Source: Kaistiaceae bacterium
GTDB lineage: Bacteria > Pseudomonadota > Alphaproteobacteria > Rhizobiales > Kaistiaceae
Reading direction: 5' to 3'
DNA: 64,000 nucleotides
Assembly: GCA_963667605.2 (NCBI GenBank)
Contig: CAXXUZ010000003.1
Location: 1,558,992-1,622,991, forward strand
The notes under the pieces were generated by a model. The model was not told the DNA's origin. It saw nothing but the letters and a program-made list of their open reading frames with translations, and made no database searches. Made by a program: the position numbers and the translations under genes. Shown here one piece after another: positions 44,739 through 57,364 of the stretch. Position 1 is the stretch's first letter. Each line of letters opens with the position of its first letter.

Positions 44739-47168
44739 GTGCCGTCATTCTCTCGAAGCCTTGAAAAGGTCCTGCATCAAGCGCTGGCAATGGCCAATGA
44801 GCGGCATCAGGAATATGCGACCCTGGAGCATTTGTTGCTGGCGCTGACTGAGGACCAGGACGCGGCCGCCGTAATGCGGGCCTGCAATGTCGATATCGAC
44901 GTTTTGCGCCGCAGTCTCACCGACTATATCGATACCGAGCTGGCCAATCTCGCGGCCGATGGCGACGAGGATTCCAAGCCGACGGCTGGCTTTCAGCGGG
45001 TGATCCAGCGCGCCGTCATTCACGTTCAATCATCGGGCCGCGAGGAGGTGACGGGCGCCAATGTGCTAGTGGCGATCTTCGCCGAACGCGAAAGCCATGC
45101 CGCCTATTTCCTGCAAGAGCAGGATATGGCCCGCTATGACGCGGTCAACTATATCAGCCATGGCATCGCCAAGCGGGCAGGGATGTCCGAATCGCGGCCG
45201 GTTCATGGCGTTGACGATGATGCCGCCACGGTCGATGGTCGCGGTGAGTCCAAGAAGAAGGCTGATGCTCTCGACGCTTATTGCGTCAATCTCAACGAAA
45301 AGGCGAAGGCTGGCCGGATCGATCCGCTGATCGGCCGCGACAGCGAGCTGCGGCGCACGATCCAGGTGCTTTGCCGTCGTCAAAAGAACAACCCGCTCTT
45401 CGTCGGTGAGCCCGGCGTTGGCAAGACCGCGATCGCTGAGGGCCTCGCCAAGCGGATCGTCGAAGACGATATTCCCGCCGTCCTCAAGGATTCGACGGTT
45501 TTTGCTCTCGATTTAGGTGCGCTGCTGGCCGGGACGCGCTATCGCGGCGATTTCGAAGAACGGCTGAAGCAGGTAGTGAAGGAGATCGAGGAATATCCTG
45601 GCGGGATCATGTTCATCGACGAGATTCACACGGTGATCGGCGCCGGCGCGACCTCCGGCGGAGCGATGGATGCCTCGAATCTGCTCAAGCCGGCGCTCGC
45701 CAGCGGCACGATCCGCTGCATCGGTTCAACCACCTACAAGGAATATCGACAGTTCTTCGAGAAAGACAGGGCGCTGGTGCGCCGGTTCCAGAAGATCGAC
45801 ATCAATGAGCCTTCAGTTCCCGACACGATCGACATTCTCCGCGGCCTGAAGCCCTATTTCGAGGACTTCCACAAAGTCCGTTTCACCAATGACGCAATCA
45901 AGACGGCGGTCGAACTCTCGGCCCGTTACATCAACGATCGCAAGCTGCCAGACAAGGCCATCGATGTGATCGACGAAAGCGGCGCCTCGCAGATGCTGGT
46001 GCCGGAGTCGCGGCGGCGGAAGACGATCGGCGTAAAGGAGATTGAGGTCACGATCGCGACCATGGCGCGGATTCCGCCGAAGAGCGTCTCCAAAGACGAT
46101 GCCGAAGTGCTGCAGAATCTCGAAGAGACTCTGAAGCGAATGGTCTACGGCCAGGACAAGGCAATCCAGCGCTTGGCCTCGGCGATAAAGCTTGCCCGCG
46201 CCGGATTGCGGGAGCCGGAAAAACCGATCGGGAACTATCTGTTCTCCGGCCCGACCGGCGTTGGCAAGACCGAGGTTGCGCGGCAGCTCGCGGCCTCGCT
46301 TGGCGTCGAGCTGCTCCGCTTTGACATGTCGGAATATATGGAGCGCCACACGGTCTCACGGCTGATCGGCGCTCCGCCCGGTTATGTGGGCTTCGACCAG
46401 GGCGGTCTCCTGACAGATGGTGTCGACCAACATCCATATTGCGTGTTGCTGCTCGACGAAATTGAGAAGGCACATCCCGATCTTTTCAACATCCTGTTGC
46501 AGGTGATGGATCACGGCAAGCTCACCGATCACAACGGCAAGCAAGTCGATTTTCGCAACGTCATTTTGATTATGACTACCAATGCCGGCGCTGCCGATAT
46601 GGCCAAGCCGTCCATGGGCTTCAACCAGAGGAAGCGTGTGGGCGACGATTTGGAGGCGATCGACCGCCTGTTCGCGCCCGAGTTCCGCAATCGCCTCGAT
46701 GCGATCGTTGGGTTCAGCGATCTGCCGCTCGAGGTGGTGCATCAGGTCGTGCGGAAATTCGTTTTGCAGCTCGAAGCGCAGCTTTCCGATCGCGGCGTTC
46801 TGTTCGATCTCTCCGATGAGGCTGTCAACTGGCTAGCCGAGAAAGGCTATGACAACCGCATGGGCGCCAGGCCCCTGGCCCGGGTGATCCAGGATCACAT
46901 CAAGCAGCCATTAGCCGAGGAGGTCCTATTCGGCAAGCTCAAGCTTGGCGGCACCGTCTGCGTTGGCGTCACTGGAACCGGCAAATCCAAGGAACTCAAG
47001 CTCGAAATCGTTGACGACGTACCGGTCCGTCCGAAGCCGGAGTCTGTGCCGCGTAAGAAACGAGCCAGGCCACGCAAGCGCACTGCGCGAAAGCCGGCGG
47101 TGGGCAACAGCAACACTAGCGGCCGTCGCAACGGTCTGGTGCCGAAGGTGCCGCTGAAGACCGAGTAA
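44739..47168 (+). CDS. clpA: ATP-dependent Clp protease ATP-binding subunit ClpA
   Basis: Clp_N repeats and two AAA+ modules ([30 protein letters not shown]), with a basic C-terminal tail. Confidence 0.95.
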   Translation: MPSFSRSLEKVLHQALAMANERHQEYATLEHLLLALTEDQDAAAVMRACNVDIDVLRRSLTDYIDTELANLAADGDEDSKPTAGFQRVIQRAVIHVQSSGREEVTGANVLVAIFAERESHAAYFLQEQDMARYDAVNYISHGIAKRAGMSESRPVHGVDDDAATVDGRGESKKKADALDAYCVNLNEKAKAGRIDPLIGRDSELRRTIQVLCRRQKNNPLFVGEPGVGKTAIAEGLAKRIVEDDIPAVLKDSTVFALDLGALLAGTRYRGDFEERLKQVVKEIEEYPGGIMFIDEIHTVIGAGATSGGAMDASNLLKPALASGTIRCIGSTTYKEYRQFFEKDRALVRRFQKIDINEPSVPDTIDILRGLKPYFEDFHKVRFTNDAIKTAVELSARYINDRKLPDKAIDVIDESGASQMLVPESRRRKTIGVKEIEVTIATMARIPPKSVSKDDAEVLQNLEETLKRMVYGQDKAIQRLASAIKLARAGLREPEKPIGNYLFSGPTGVGKTEVARQLAASLGVELLRFDMSEYMERHTVSRLIGAPPGYVGFDQGGLLTDGVDQHPYCVLLLDEIEKAHPDLFNILLQVMDHGKLTDHNGKQVDFRNVILIMTTNAGAADMAKPSMGFNQRKRVGDDLEAIDRLFAPEFRNRLDAIVGFSDLPLEVVHQVVRKFVLQLEAQLSDRGVLFDLSDEAVNWLAEKGYDNRMGARPLARVIQDHIKQPLAEEVLFGKLKLGGTVCVGVTGTGKSKELKLEIVDDVPVRPKPESVPRKKRARPRKRTARKPAVGNSNTSGRRNGLVPKVPLKTE

Positions 47169-47249
47169 CGGGCCGCCTGCTGAATCAGATCTCACGGCTG
47201 TAGTCGTAAAGTTGCGACTCCCAGCCAGTACGATTCTTGGGAGCGAAAC

Positions 47250-48023
47250 ATGGACGGTCCTAGCGCTGACCGTTTCGCCGGGGCGCCGCCGCTGGTCCTT
47301 CGCGGACTGACCAAAGCGTTCCACCGACATCCGGTCGTCGATCAACTCGACCTTACCATCCGCCCAGGCGAACTATATGCGCTGCTTGGCCCTAATGGTG
47401 CCGGCAAGACGACAACGATGCGCATGGTGGCCGGCCTACTCGCCCCTTCGGACGGGTCGATCGAGGTTTTCGGAATCGACGTGCTCGCCGAGCCGCAAAG
47501 GGCCAAACAATTGGTCGCCTGGCTGCCGGACGAACCGCTACTCTATGACAAGTTGACCGTACTCGAATATCTCGAATTCGTTGCCGCGCTTTGGTCGGTC
47601 CCGCCGGAGGTCGCCGAGCCACGTGCCGAGAAATTGTTGAAAGGTCTGGAACTCTGGGACCACCGCGGCGACCGCTGCGAGACATACTCGCGCGGGATGA
47701 AGCAGAAGGCCTGCCTCGCCGGGGCGCTAATCCACGACCCCGCGCTCATGCTGCTGGACGAACCGCTGACAGGTCTCGACGCCGGCATCGCCCGACGCGT
47801 GAAAGATATGCTCCAAGAGCGGGCACGGGCCGGCTGTTCGATCATCCTCACAACCCATATTCTCGAGGTCGCTGAACGTCTTGCCGACCGGATTGGCATT
47901 ATCGCCAACGGTAAGCTTTTGGCTGAGGGCACTTTGGCCGAACTCAGAATCTTGTCCGGGGCAGGGCAGGCGAGCCTCGAGGATCTGTTTCTTCAGTTGG
48001 TGTCTGATCCGGCGACGGCCTGA
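47250..48023 (+). CDS. ABC transporter ATP-binding protein
   Basis: Walker A GPNGAGKTT, signature YSRGMKQK and Walker B LMLLDEP. Confidence 0.9.
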   Translation: MDGPSADRFAGAPPLVLRGLTKAFHRHPVVDQLDLTIRPGELYALLGPNGAGKTTTMRMVAGLLAPSDGSIEVFGIDVLAEPQRAKQLVAWLPDEPLLYDKLTVLEYLEFVAALWSVPPEVAEPRAEKLLKGLELWDHRGDRCETYSRGMKQKACLAGALIHDPALMLLDEPLTGLDAGIARRVKDMLQERARAGCSIILTTHILEVAERLADRIGIIANGKLLAEGTLAELRILSGAGQASLEDLFLQLVSDPATA

Positions 48024-49573
48024 TGGTATTCAGGCCGGGCTCGATCCGTTGGTTTCTGGCCCATGATCTCCGGGTCACCTGGCGCACCTGGTTCCAGCGC
48101 AAGCGGCGGAAGAGGCGCATTTCAATCCCCGCGCCGCTCATTGCCATTACCGTGGTTCTGGCGGTCACCTTGGCGCTCGGAGTTCCGCTCGCGATCGCGA
48201 TTGGCGAAACCGCGATCGTCGCCACGCCGATTGTAGCGGTCCTGATCGGCGGCGCCTTCTTCGTGATCTTCACGTTGATGATGTCGCAAACCTTCGTGAC
48301 CGCGGTCGATGTATTTTACGAACGCGGCGACCTCGATTTGCTTCTTTCGTCGCCGATCTCGCCCACGCGAATCCTCGTGGCTCGCGCCGCGGCGATGGCG
48401 GTGAACCCGGCGCTGCTGTTCGGCGGCATGATCACGCCGGTCGTTCTGCCGTTAGCGATTTTGGGGCATCCGCACATTCTGGCTGCCTATGTAGTAATCG
48501 TGGCATTGGCGTTGTCGGCAACAGCGGTTGACCTGGCGATAGCCATCGGCCTGTTCTCGGCGATAGGGCCTCGAGGCACCCGAACCGCCGCGCAAATTCT
48601 GGCGGCGATAGTGGGCGCCGCTCTCGTTATCGTCGCAATATTCCTGAGATCCTTTGAAGGGGCCGAGGACAACGTTTTCAGCGCGGCATGGCTCAATGAT
48701 CTGGCACAAAACGACAATTTGCCAGCTCTGGTGTCGGTGCCGGCGGAGGCTGTCCTCGGATCGCCTGGGCCCTTGGCGATCATCGTGGTTTTCGCGTTGA
48801 GCGCGTTTGCCGCTGTTGGCCTCTGGGTGGGCCGTCGGTTCTCCCGGGATGCTGCTGCGGCGAACCGTGCCGACACTGCGCGCCGTCGGACCGGTCGCGG
48901 TGACGCACGTTTCGGGGCCAGCAGTTTGCGCGCCACGATTTCCAAGGAGCTAAGACTATTGTTGCGTGATCCCGGTCTCATATCCCAGGTCGTTTTGCGA
49001 GTTGTGTATGTGATTCCGGTTGCGGCCGTTGTGTTGATGGATCGTGACGATACGGCAACGATCATGCCCTTCTTGGTCGCCGGCGCGGCTACTTTGCTAG
49101 CCGGTCAATTGGCTGGCAGCATCGCCTGGATCACGCTGTCGGCCGAGGACGCGCCCGAGTTTCTGGCTACTTCTCCGGTGCCGATTCGAGCCTTCTGGCG
49201 TGCCAAGCTGGCCGTTGCGACCGGCGTTCCCGCTCTCCTGATCGCGCCGGTGTTGGTGGTGCTGGCTTTGACCGAACCACGAGCAGCCATGATCGGTCTG
49301 GTTGGTTCTGCGGCGTCGGCCGGATCGGCTGCGTTGATTAATCTTTGGCTGCAGAAGCCGTCGCGGCGGACAGAATACCGACGGGCCATGCAATCAAACT
49401 TCGGCGCCACCGTTCTTGAGCTTGCAACCAGTGTTTCTTTCGCTGCCACGGCCGGGCTCGCGACAGCGGGGCTCGTCCATGCGTGGATTCCACTCGTGGT
49501 GGCGGTCACGGTACCGGCACTGGCATATCGATCGGAGGGGGCGATTCGGGAGCGGATGACAGCCGCCGCCTAG
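48023..49573 (+). CDS. Multi-pass membrane protein, putative permease partner of the ABC ATPase
   Basis: 516 aa with many hydrophobic helices. ATGA overlap with the ATPase stop. Confidence 0.6.
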   Translation: MVFRPGSIRWFLAHDLRVTWRTWFQRKRRKRRISIPAPLIAITVVLAVTLALGVPLAIAIGETAIVATPIVAVLIGGAFFVIFTLMMSQTFVTAVDVFYERGDLDLLLSSPISPTRILVARAAAMAVNPALLFGGMITPVVLPLAILGHPHILAAYVVIVALALSATAVDLAIAIGLFSAIGPRGTRTAAQILAAIVGAALVIVAIFLRSFEGAEDNVFSAAWLNDLAQNDNLPALVSVPAEAVLGSPGPLAIIVVFALSAFAAVGLWVGRRFSRDAAAANRADTARRRTGRGDARFGASSLRATISKELRLLLRDPGLISQVVLRVVYVIPVAAVVLMDRDDTATIMPFLVAGAATLLAGQLAGSIAWITLSAEDAPEFLATSPVPIRAFWRAKLAVATGVPALLIAPVLVVLALTEPRAAMIGLVGSAASAGSAALINLWLQKPSRRTEYRRAMQSNFGATVLELATSVSFAATAGLATAGLVHAWIPLVVAVTVPALAYRSEGAIRERMTAAA

Positions 49574-50781
49574 TCGACGCGCTTGAACGGCGTGTGGCGG
49601 GAGTGCAGTTCGACTGCCATCGCCGCCTGCTTGCGTTCGCTGGTGAGATATTGTTCGACCGCATTACGAAAACCGGGATCGGCAATCCAATGCGCCGAAA
49701 AAGTGGGCGTTGCCGCATAGCCGCGCGCCAGCTTGTGCTCGCCCTGCGCACCGGCCTCGACTCGGTCTAGGCCGTGGTCGATTGCCCAGTCGATCGCCTG
49801 ATAGTAACAGAGCTCGAAATGAAGGAATGGATGGTACTCGTTGGCGCCCCAATATCGGCCATGAAGTGTATCGGAGCCGATGAAATTGAGCGCACCGGCG
49901 ACATAGCGCTCGCCGTTTCGGGCCAGCGCGAGCAATATGCGATCCGGCATCCGCTCGCCGATCATGTCGAAGAAGCGGCGATTGAGATAGGGCCGACCCC
50001 ATTTTCGGCCGCCGGTATCCATGTAGAAGCCAAAGAACGCATCCCACGCCGCTTCGTTGAGATCGGAGCCGGTGAGGAGGTCGATCGACAGGCCGCTCAG
50101 AGCCCCACGACGCTCGCGTCTCAGTGCCTTACGTTTGCGCGACGAAAGGCTATCTAGGAAATCGTCGAAATCTCGATAGCCCGCGTTCTGAAAATGGAAT
50201 TGCAGGTCGGTGCGCTTCAGATAGCCCAGCTGGCTACACAGCTCCCGTTCTTCGGGCAGCATGAATGTCACGTGGACCGAGGATAGCCGTTCTCGGGTCG
50301 CAAGCTCGGTGGCGGCGCCGGCAAGTGCGCGCTGATGCTCAGCGGCTCTGTCACCTCCGACGGTCAGCAGGCGTCGCCCGGTCGCGGGCGTGAATGGCAC
50401 CGAGGCTTGGAGTTTCGGGTAGTAGCGGCCGCCGGCGCGTTGATAGGCGTCAGCCCAGCCATGGTCGAACACATATTCGCCCATAGAATCGCTCTTGAGG
50501 TAGAGCGGCATCGCGGCGACGACGCCGCCGTCTTCCAGCGCGAGGTGCCGCGGCGTCCAGCCGGTCCCGGCTTGAACGCAGCCGGATTGCTCCAAGCAAT
50601 CCAGAAAATCGAAGCTGAGGAACGGATTGTAGGGGAGGCGATCGTGGTCATCCGATGCCGCCAGCGGTCGATCGCTCGTCCAGCCGGGATTGGCGACCCG
50701 ATCCCATGCCGCGCGCCCGATCTCGGCGATCGAAGAGACGACGCGAACAGTCTCCGCCGGTCGCCGACCTGCCTCCGCCAT
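49570..50781 (-). CDS. GNAT/FemAB-like N-acetyltransferase (DUF482-type)
   Basis: NPFLSFDFLDCLEQSGCV...GWTPRHL...YLKSDSMGEYVFDHGWADAY...YYPKLQ...HFELCYYQAIDWAI. The ORF extends to 50811, but the ATG at 50781 avoids overlap with the upstream gene. Confidence 0.75.
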   Translation of the reverse strand: MAEAGRRPAETVRVVSSIAEIGRAAWDRVANPGWTSDRPLAASDDHDRLPYNPFLSFDFLDCLEQSGCVQAGTGWTPRHLALEDGGVVAAMPLYLKSDSMGEYVFDHGWADAYQRAGGRYYPKLQASVPFTPATGRRLLTVGGDRAAEHQRALAGAATELATRERLSSVHVTFMLPEERELCSQLGYLKRTDLQFHFQNAGYRDFDDFLDSLSSRKRKALRRERRGALSGLSIDLLTGSDLNEAAWDAFFGFYMDTGGRKWGRPYLNRRFFDMIGERMPDRILLALARNGERYVAGALNFIGSDTLHGRYWGANEYHPFLHFELCYYQAIDWAIDHGLDRVEAGAQGEHKLARGYAATPTFSAHWIADPGFRNAVEQYLTSERKQAAMAVELHSRHTPFKRVD

Positions 50782-50788
50782 CGCCTGC

Positions 50789-51253
50789 TCAATCGACTTC
50801 GATGATCGCATCGATCAGCGTTGCCGCATTCATCGGCAGGCTGGCGGCGACCAGCACCGTGCGCGAATGGCGACCGCGGTCGCCGAACACCTCGACGAGA
50901 AGATCGGATGCGCCGTCCAGAACCCTGTGCGGCTCGGTGAAATCCACCGTGCCATTGATAAAGCCCGTGAGCCGGGCGATGCGACGGATTCGATCGAGAT
51001 CGCCCAAAGCCGCCTTGGCCTGGGCCAATATGTTGATCGCCGAAAGTCTCGCCGCCTGCTTGCCTGCTTCGATATCGATTTCGCGACCGAGCTTGCCTTC
51101 GAATTCGAGCCCGGACGGCCCGAGGGGCAACTGCCCAGAAACGAACAGAAGCCCGTTGCTCACCACTGCCGATACATAGTTCGCTGCCGGTGCGCTCGGC
51201 TTCGGCAGGTTGATGCCAAGTTTGCTCAGCCGATCTGCGGCGCTGTCGGCCAT
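50789..51253 (-). CDS. RidA/YjgF-family protein
   Basis: ANYVSAVVSNGLLFVSGQLP...INGTVDFTEPHRVLDGASDLLVEVFG...HSRTVLVAASLPMNAATLIDAIIEV. Confidence 0.8.
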   Translation of the reverse strand: MADSAADRLSKLGINLPKPSAPAANYVSAVVSNGLLFVSGQLPLGPSGLEFEGKLGREIDIEAGKQAARLSAINILAQAKAALGDLDRIRRIARLTGFINGTVDFTEPHRVLDGASDLLVEVFGDRGRHSRTVLVAASLPMNAATLIDAIIEVD

Positions 51254-51405
51254 CTCGGATTTTCCTCGGGGCGCGGGGTCTCTGCGTTGGCCAGCCCAGA
51301 CACTACCTCAGCGGTCTCGTGCCGCCAATCAGCTTGGTTGCCGCCCGCTCGGCCCGGGTGTTATAGCGGCTTCCCGTTCCTCGCACGTCTCTCAAGGTTC
51401 GCCCG

Positions 51406-51693
51406 ATGCCCGTTGACACCGCTACCGTCAAGCGCGTCGCGCGCCTCGCCCGGATCGCCGTCTCCGACGAGGAGGCGGAGACCCTGCGAGGCTCGCTGAA
51501 TGAGATTCTTGGATTTGTCGAGCATCTCAATGAAGTGAATGTCGAGGGCATCGAGCCGATGAACTCGGTGCTGCCGATGCCGATGAAGAAGCGGCGCGAC
51601 GAGGTGACGGAAGGTTTCCGCGCCGACGACATTGTCGCCAACGCGCCGGTCCATGATGATGGCTTCTTCGTCGTACCAAAAGTGGTGGAGTGA
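51406..51693 (+). CDS. gatC: Asp/Glu-tRNA amidotransferase subunit C
   Basis: [18 protein letters not shown]...[21 protein letters not shown]. Confidence 0.9.
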   Translation: MPVDTATVKRVARLARIAVSDEEAETLRGSLNEILGFVEHLNEVNVEGIEPMNSVLPMPMKKRRDEVTEGFRADDIVANAPVHDDGFFVVPKVVE

Positions 51694-53177
51694 GCGTGGC
51701 CGATAGCGAGCTGACGGGCCTCACGCTTGCCGAGGCGCAAGCCGGCCTTGGCACGAGAGCGTTCTCCGCCACTGAACTGACAGAGGCTTATCTCGACGCG
51801 ATCGAGGCCGCCAAGACCCTCAACTCCTTTATCGTCGTGACCGCCGGCAGAGCGCGCGCCATGGCCGCGCAGGCCGATCAACGGATTGCTGACGGCAATG
51901 CACGCCCACTCGAAGGCATCCCGATCGGTATCAAGGATTTGTTCTGCACCGAAGGTGTGAACAGCCAGGCGGCGAGTCACATCCTCGACGGCTTCAAACC
52001 GCACTACGAGTCAACAGTGACCGCCAATCTCTGGGCCGCCGGCGCAGTGATGCTCGGCAAGCTCAATATGGACGAGTTCGCCATGGGCTCGTCCACCGAG
52101 ACCTCCTACTACGGTCCGACGATCAACCCCTGGCGTGCTGAAGGGTCTGGCGCCAAGCTCGTTCCAGGAGGATCCTCGGGTGGCTCGGCGACGGCGGTGG
52201 CGGCACGCCTTTGCGCCGGTGCGACCGCGACCGATACCGGCGGCTCGATCCGTCAGCCGGCGGCCTTCACTGGCACGGTCGGTATCAAGCCGACTTATGG
52301 CCGGTGCTCGCGCTGGGGAGTGATCGCCTTTGCCTCCTCGTTGGACCAGGCGGGACCGGTCGCCCGAACCGTCCGCGATGCCGCGATTCTGCTCCGGTCG
52401 ATGGCAGGCCACGATGCCAAGGACACGACCTCGGCCAATCGGTCGGTGCCGGACTATGCAATGTCGGTCGACAAGGGGGTCCAAGGACTGAAAATTGGCA
52501 TCCCGCGTGAATATCGCATCGATGACATGCCGCCCGAGATCGATGCGCTCTGGCGTGATGGCCAAGCCTGGTTGAAAGACGCCGGTGCCGAGTTCGTCGA
52601 TATCTCGCTGCCGCACACCAAATACGCTTTGCCGGCCTATTATATCGTCGCGCCAGCTGAGGCCTCGTCCAATCTGGCGCGTTACGATGGCGTTCGCTAT
52701 GGCCTTCGGGCCGAGGGCAGCGACGTCACTTCGATGTATGAGAACTCCCGCGCCGCCGGCTTCGGCCAGGAGGTGAAGCGTCGGATCCTGATCGGCACCT
52801 ATGTCCTGTCGGCCGGCTACTACGACGCCTACTACCTGCGCGCGCAAAAAGTCCGGACGTTAATCAAACGCGATTTCGAACAGGCGTTCGCGGCCGGGGT
52901 CGATGTCATCTTGACGCCGGTCACACCGAGCGCGGCCTTCGAGATCGGGGCCAAGACTAAGGCCTCGCCGATAGAGATGTATCTCAACGACATTTTCACC
53001 GTTCCCGCCAACATGGCCGGTCTGCCGGGCATCTCTGTCCCCGCTGGGACCGATGGCCGCGGCCTACCTCTTGGCCTGCAACTAATTGGGCCCGCATTTG
53101 ACGAGGAGACCCTGTTCGCCGCTGGCCAGGTGATCGAGAAGGCAGCTGGGACCCTCACACCGCGGCGCTGGTGGTAG
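51690..53177 (+). CDS. gatA: Asp/Glu-tRNA amidotransferase subunit A
   Basis: Amidase signature [13 protein letters not shown]...[10 protein letters not shown]. Confidence 0.95.
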   Translation: MSVADSELTGLTLAEAQAGLGTRAFSATELTEAYLDAIEAAKTLNSFIVVTAGRARAMAAQADQRIADGNARPLEGIPIGIKDLFCTEGVNSQAASHILDGFKPHYESTVTANLWAAGAVMLGKLNMDEFAMGSSTETSYYGPTINPWRAEGSGAKLVPGGSSGGSATAVAARLCAGATATDTGGSIRQPAAFTGTVGIKPTYGRCSRWGVIAFASSLDQAGPVARTVRDAAILLRSMAGHDAKDTTSANRSVPDYAMSVDKGVQGLKIGIPREYRIDDMPPEIDALWRDGQAWLKDAGAEFVDISLPHTKYALPAYYIVAPAEASSNLARYDGVRYGLRAEGSDVTSMYENSRAAGFGQEVKRRILIGTYVLSAGYYDAYYLRAQKVRTLIKRDFEQAFAAGVDVILTPVTPSAAFEIGAKTKASPIEMYLNDIFTVPANMAGLPGISVPAGTDGRGLPLGLQLIGPAFDEETLFAAGQVIEKAAGTLTPRRWW

Positions 53178-53410
53178 CTGGCAACGCTGCCAGAGAATGG
53201 CTCCAGGGTGGCGCCCAACGATTGCAATAGGTGTGTTCAGTCGGCGACCAGCGGTAGAGCATCGGGAAAACCACGAGCTCCCAATCACATTTTTGTTTAC
53301 GGGGCGATAGCCCGATTGCGCCTCAGGGTGACACGGATAAACAGCATCCGGGATGCGGAACCGGTCGATTCTCGCCAGGCACGAGATCACCAAGGGGGCG
53401 GGTTTCCCAA

Positions 53411-53725
53411 ATGATGACAGTTGATGAGTTCATGGCGTCGCTCGAGGGGTTCGAGCCGCCCGACGGATTGAGTTTGCCGCTGCGCGGCCTTTGGCATGGC
53501 GCAAAGGGAGAGTGGGATACGGCCCACAAATTGGTGCAGGACGAAGGCACTGCGGACGCGGCCTGGGTACACGGCCATCTCCACCGCGCGGAAGGCGATC
53601 TCGAAAACGCCCGCTACTGGTACACCAGGGGGCGAAAGCCGATGCCTAACACGCCGTTAGAAATGGAGCGCGCCTCGTTGGCGCTGTTCCTCATTGGCGC
53701 CATGAATCGGGGCGGGGCGCACTAA
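53411..53725 (+). CDS. Hypothetical small protein between gatA and gatB
   Basis: 104-aa ORF with normal composition. No family recognised. Confidence 0.45.
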   Translation: MMTVDEFMASLEGFEPPDGLSLPLRGLWHGAKGEWDTAHKLVQDEGTADAAWVHGHLHRAEGDLENARYWYTRGRKPMPNTPLEMERASLALFLIGAMNRGGAH

Positions 53726-53839
53726 TTAGCTGCCCTGGCCCGAGCCGGCCGGATTGATGATTGCCAATCTGCGCAAAGTCCGCTTTGAAGGCCCCGCTCG
53801 GACGATCAGGCGTTTGCCATGGAAGCAGGACCGGCGACG

Positions 53840-55321
53840 ATGAACCTCACCACCAGGGAAGCCAGCGTCGCCCAGCACCTCAGAGGCGCGACCGGCGCGT
53901 GGGAGGTCATCGTCGGCCTGGAGGTTCATGCCCAGGTCATTTCCAAGGCCAAGTTGTTCTCCGGTGCTTCGGCCGAATATGGCGGCGAACCCAACGCCCA
54001 TGTCAGCTTGGTCGATGCGGCGATGCCTGGGATGCTGCCGGTTATCAACGAGGAATGCGTGGCGCAGGCGGTGCGGACCGGGCTCGGGATCAAAGCCGAG
54101 ATCAACCTTTTCAGCATCTTCGACCGCAAGAACTATTTCTACCCGGATTTGCCGCAGGGCTATCAGATCTCGCAATACAAGCAGCCGATCGTCGGCGAGG
54201 GCGAGGTCACGGTTGATCTGCGCGATGGAACCTCCTTCACAGTCGGTATTGAGCGTTTGCATTTAGAACAGGACGCCGGCAAGTCGCTCCACGATCAACG
54301 TCCTAGCCAGAGCCTTGTCGACCTAAACCGCTGCGGCGTCGCCTTGATGGAGATCGTTTCACGGCCGGACATGCGTTCGGCGGAAGAGGCTCGCGCCTAT
54401 CTGACCAAGCTTCGCATCATCCTCCGCTATCTCGGTACCTGCGACGGCAATATGGAGGAGGGGTCGCTCCGCGCCGATGTCAATGTCTCGGTCCGGCGCC
54501 CGGGCGAGGACCTCGGAGCCCGTTGCGAGATCAAGAACGTCAATTCGATCCGTTTCGTCGGCCAGGCCATTGATCGCGAAGCCCGCCGGCAGATCGCGAT
54601 CCTCGAAGACGGCGGAAAGATCGATCAGGAGACCCGACTGTTCGACCCGGCCAAAGGCGAAACTCGATCGATGCGCTCCAAGGAGGAGGCGCATGACTAT
54701 CGCTATTTCCCCGATCCCGATCTGCTGCCGCTGACACTACAGCAGGCATGGGTCGATGAACTGGCCGCCGGTCTCCCGGAACTTCCCGATCAGAAGAAAG
54801 AACGTTTCATCGCTGACTTTGGCTTGTCGGCCTATGATGCTGGCGTTCTGATCTCCGATCAGGCAGCGGCCGATTTCTTCGAAACTCTTGCCGAAGGACG
54901 TGAGGCTAAACTTGCAGCCAATTGGGTGATCAACGAATTAGCCGGTCGGCTCAACAAGGAAGGCCATTCCCTCGCTGACAGCCCGATCGATCCCGGCCAG
55001 CTGGGTGGCCTTCTCGATCTCCTTGTCGACGGCACCATCTCCGGAAAAATCGCCAAGGAGCTATTCGAGATGCTCTGGATCGAGGGTGGCGATCCGCGTG
55101 AGATAGTCGAGGCGCGGGGGATGAAACAAGTCACCGATCTTTCGGCGATCGAGGCGGTGATCGACGAGGTGATTGCTGCCAATCCGGGCAAGGTCAGTGA
55201 GGTCAAAGCCAAGCCGACCATGCTCGGCTGGTTTGTCGGTCAGGTGATGAAGGCGAGCGGCGGCAAGGCCAATCCGACGGCTGTGAACGAGATTCTAAAG
55301 GACCGGCTTGGGCTCGACTGA
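53840..55321 (+). CDS. gatB: Asp/Glu-tRNA amidotransferase subunit B
   Basis: [13 protein letters not shown]...[18 protein letters not shown]...[11 protein letters not shown]...C-terminal GatB_Yqey domain. Confidence 0.95.
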   Translation: MNLTTREASVAQHLRGATGAWEVIVGLEVHAQVISKAKLFSGASAEYGGEPNAHVSLVDAAMPGMLPVINEECVAQAVRTGLGIKAEINLFSIFDRKNYFYPDLPQGYQISQYKQPIVGEGEVTVDLRDGTSFTVGIERLHLEQDAGKSLHDQRPSQSLVDLNRCGVALMEIVSRPDMRSAEEARAYLTKLRIILRYLGTCDGNMEEGSLRADVNVSVRRPGEDLGARCEIKNVNSIRFVGQAIDREARRQIAILEDGGKIDQETRLFDPAKGETRSMRSKEEAHDYRYFPDPDLLPLTLQQAWVDELAAGLPELPDQKKERFIADFGLSAYDAGVLISDQAAADFFETLAEGREAKLAANWVINELAGRLNKEGHSLADSPIDPGQLGGLLDLLVDGTISGKIAKELFEMLWIEGGDPREIVEARGMKQVTDLSAIEAVIDEVIAANPGKVSEVKAKPTMLGWFVGQVMKASGGKANPTAVNEILKDRLGLD

Positions 55322-55639
55322 GGTCTCACTCAAGTTCGAAAATGTCTAGAATGGCAACGGGACGTTCGCCCCAACTGCGGGGCTAAGCCAGTCGATGCCC
55401 AGCCTGCCAGCGACTACGTCGGGACGGAAACGAAGGGGCACAACTGTTGCCATCACGCAACAGGCGGCCCGGGAAGTGCGTCCCTTATCCCAATCTAAAC
55501 CGGTGCGCCGCCATTCAGCCATAAACTGGGATGACTTAGGCACCTCCTCGATTGCTCGAGCCATTGATCAAATGCGATGTGACGCTCCCAGCCGGCGGCG
55601 CGCACCGAGCAATTTATTGCATTAGGCCCAAGACCGTTC

Positions 55640-57364
55640 ATGGACGCCAAATCAATCAACAAGAACCGCCTGCCAAGCCGGCATGTGACCGAAGGGCCCG
55701 AGCGGGCACCGCACCGATCCTACTACTACGCGATGGGGTTGAGCGATAAACAGATCCATCAGCCCTTTGTCGGCGTTGCGACCTGCTGGAACGAAGCGGC
55801 TCCTTGCAACATCTCTTTGATGCGGCAGGCGCAGGCTGTGAAGCAGGGCGTGGCGGCGGCCAATGGCACGCCCCGTGAATTCTGCACCATCACCGTCACC
55901 GATGGCATCGCCATGGGCCATCAAGGCATGAAATCGTCCCTGGTGTCGCGTGAGGTCATCGCCGATTCGGTCGAACTCACAATACGCGGCCACGGCTATG
56001 ACGCGCTGGTTGGGTTGGCCGGCTGCGACAAGTCACTGCCCGGAATGATGATGGCGATGTGCCGGCTCAACGTGCCGTCGGTTTTCATCTATGGCGGCTC
56101 GATTCTGCCGGGAACGTTCAAAGGAAGGGATGTCACGGTTGTCGACGTCTTCGAGGCCGTCGGCCTCCATTCGGTCGGCTACATGTCAACCGAGGATCTC
56201 GAGGAGCTCGAACATGTCGCCTGTCCCTCCGCCGGCGCTTGTGGTGGCCAGTTCACCGCCAACACCATGGCTTGTGTCTCCGAGGCGATCGGTCTGGCGC
56301 TGCCCTATTCCTCAGGTGCGCCCGCCCCCTACGAGCTTCGTGATCGCTTCTGCATGGCCGCCGGCGAGAAGGTAATGGAGCTAGTGGCTCGCAATCTCAG
56401 GCCTCGCGACATCGTCACCCGCAAGGCGTTGGAGAACGCTGCCACTATTGTCGCCGCTTCGGGTGGCTCGACCAATGCCGCGCTGCATCTGCCGGCAATC
56501 GCCCATGAGTGTGGCATTGAGTTCGATCTCTTCGAAGTTGCCGAGATCTTCAAGCGCACGCCTTATATCGCCGATCTCAAACCCGGCGGCCGCTATGTCG
56601 CCAAAGATATGTATGAGGCTGGCGGGGTGCCGATGCTGATGAAGACGTTGCTCGACCACGGTTATCTCCATGGCGATTGCATCACGGTCACCGGCCGCAC
56701 AATCGCCGAGAATTTGGCTAAGGTCGCCTGGAACGACGACCAGGACGTGATGCGTCCAGCCAACGATCCGATCACGCCGACCGGAGGTGTTGTCGGGCTT
56801 TCCGGCAATCTCGCCCCCGACGGCGCGATCGTGAAGGTCGCCGGCCTCAAATTGCAGCATTTCTCCGGCCCTGCACGTTGTTTCGATTCCGAGGAGGAAT
56901 GCTTCGCCGCTGTCAGCTCTCGTCAGTACGAGGAAGGGGAGGTCCTGGTCATTCGCTATGAGGGTCCCAAAGGCGGCCCCGGCATGCGCGAAATGCTGTC
57001 GACCACTGCGGCCATTTATGGCCAGGGCGCCAGCGAAAAAGTCGCAATGATAACCGACGGCCGTTTTTCCGGCGGCACCCGAGGCTTCTGTGTCGGCCAT
57101 GTCGGTCCCGAGGCTGCGGTCGGGGGACCGATTGGCCTCATCCGCGACGGCGACATCATCGAGATCGACGCGGTCGCCGGCACGCTTGATGTGCATGTCA
57201 GCGACGAGGAATTGGCGGCTCGTCGCGGTGACTGGCAGCCGCGCGAGACCGGATACAACAGCGGCGCGATCTGGAAGTTCGGAGAGGGCGTGGGCTCGGC
57301 TCGGAAGGGTGCGGTGACGCATCCTGGAGCAAGCGCAGAAAAAGTGAGCTATGCCGATTTGTAA
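55640..57364 (+). CDS. ilvD: Dihydroxy-acid dehydratase
   Basis: [11 protein letters not shown]..., ...[16 protein letters not shown]..., ...[12 protein letters not shown].... Confidence 0.95.
   Translation: MDAKSINKNRLPSRHVTEGPERAPHRSYYYAMGLSDKQIHQPFVGVATCWNEAAPCNISLMRQAQAVKQGVAAANGTPREFCTITVTDGIAMGHQGMKSSLVSREVIADSVELTIRGHGYDALVGLAGCDKSLPGMMMAMCRLNVPSVFIYGGSILPGTFKGRDVTVVDVFEAVGLHSVGYMSTEDLEELEHVACPSAGACGGQFTANTMACVSEAIGLALPYSSGAPAPYELRDRFCMAAGEKVMELVARNLRPRDIVTRKALENAATIVAASGGSTNAALHLPAIAHECGIEFDLFEVAEIFKRTPYIADLKPGGRYVAKDMYEAGGVPMLMKTLLDHGYLHGDCITVTGRTIAENLAKVAWNDDQDVMRPANDPITPTGGVVGLSGNLAPDGAIVKVAGLKLQHFSGPARCFDSEEECFAAVSSRQYEEGEVLVIRYEGPKGGPGMREMLSTTAAIYGQGASEKVAMITDGRFSGGTRGFCVGHVGPEAAVGGPIGLIRDGDIIEIDAVAGTLDVHVSDEELAARRGDWQPRETGYNSGAIWKFGEGVGSARKGAVTHPGASAEKVSYADL

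Noticed and set aside
55346-55564. 72-aa minus ORF in the gatB-ilvD intergenic region
   Set aside because: It has no motif, no obvious SD and an odd composition (CC, WRR). There is insufficient evidence to call it a gene or an sRNA.
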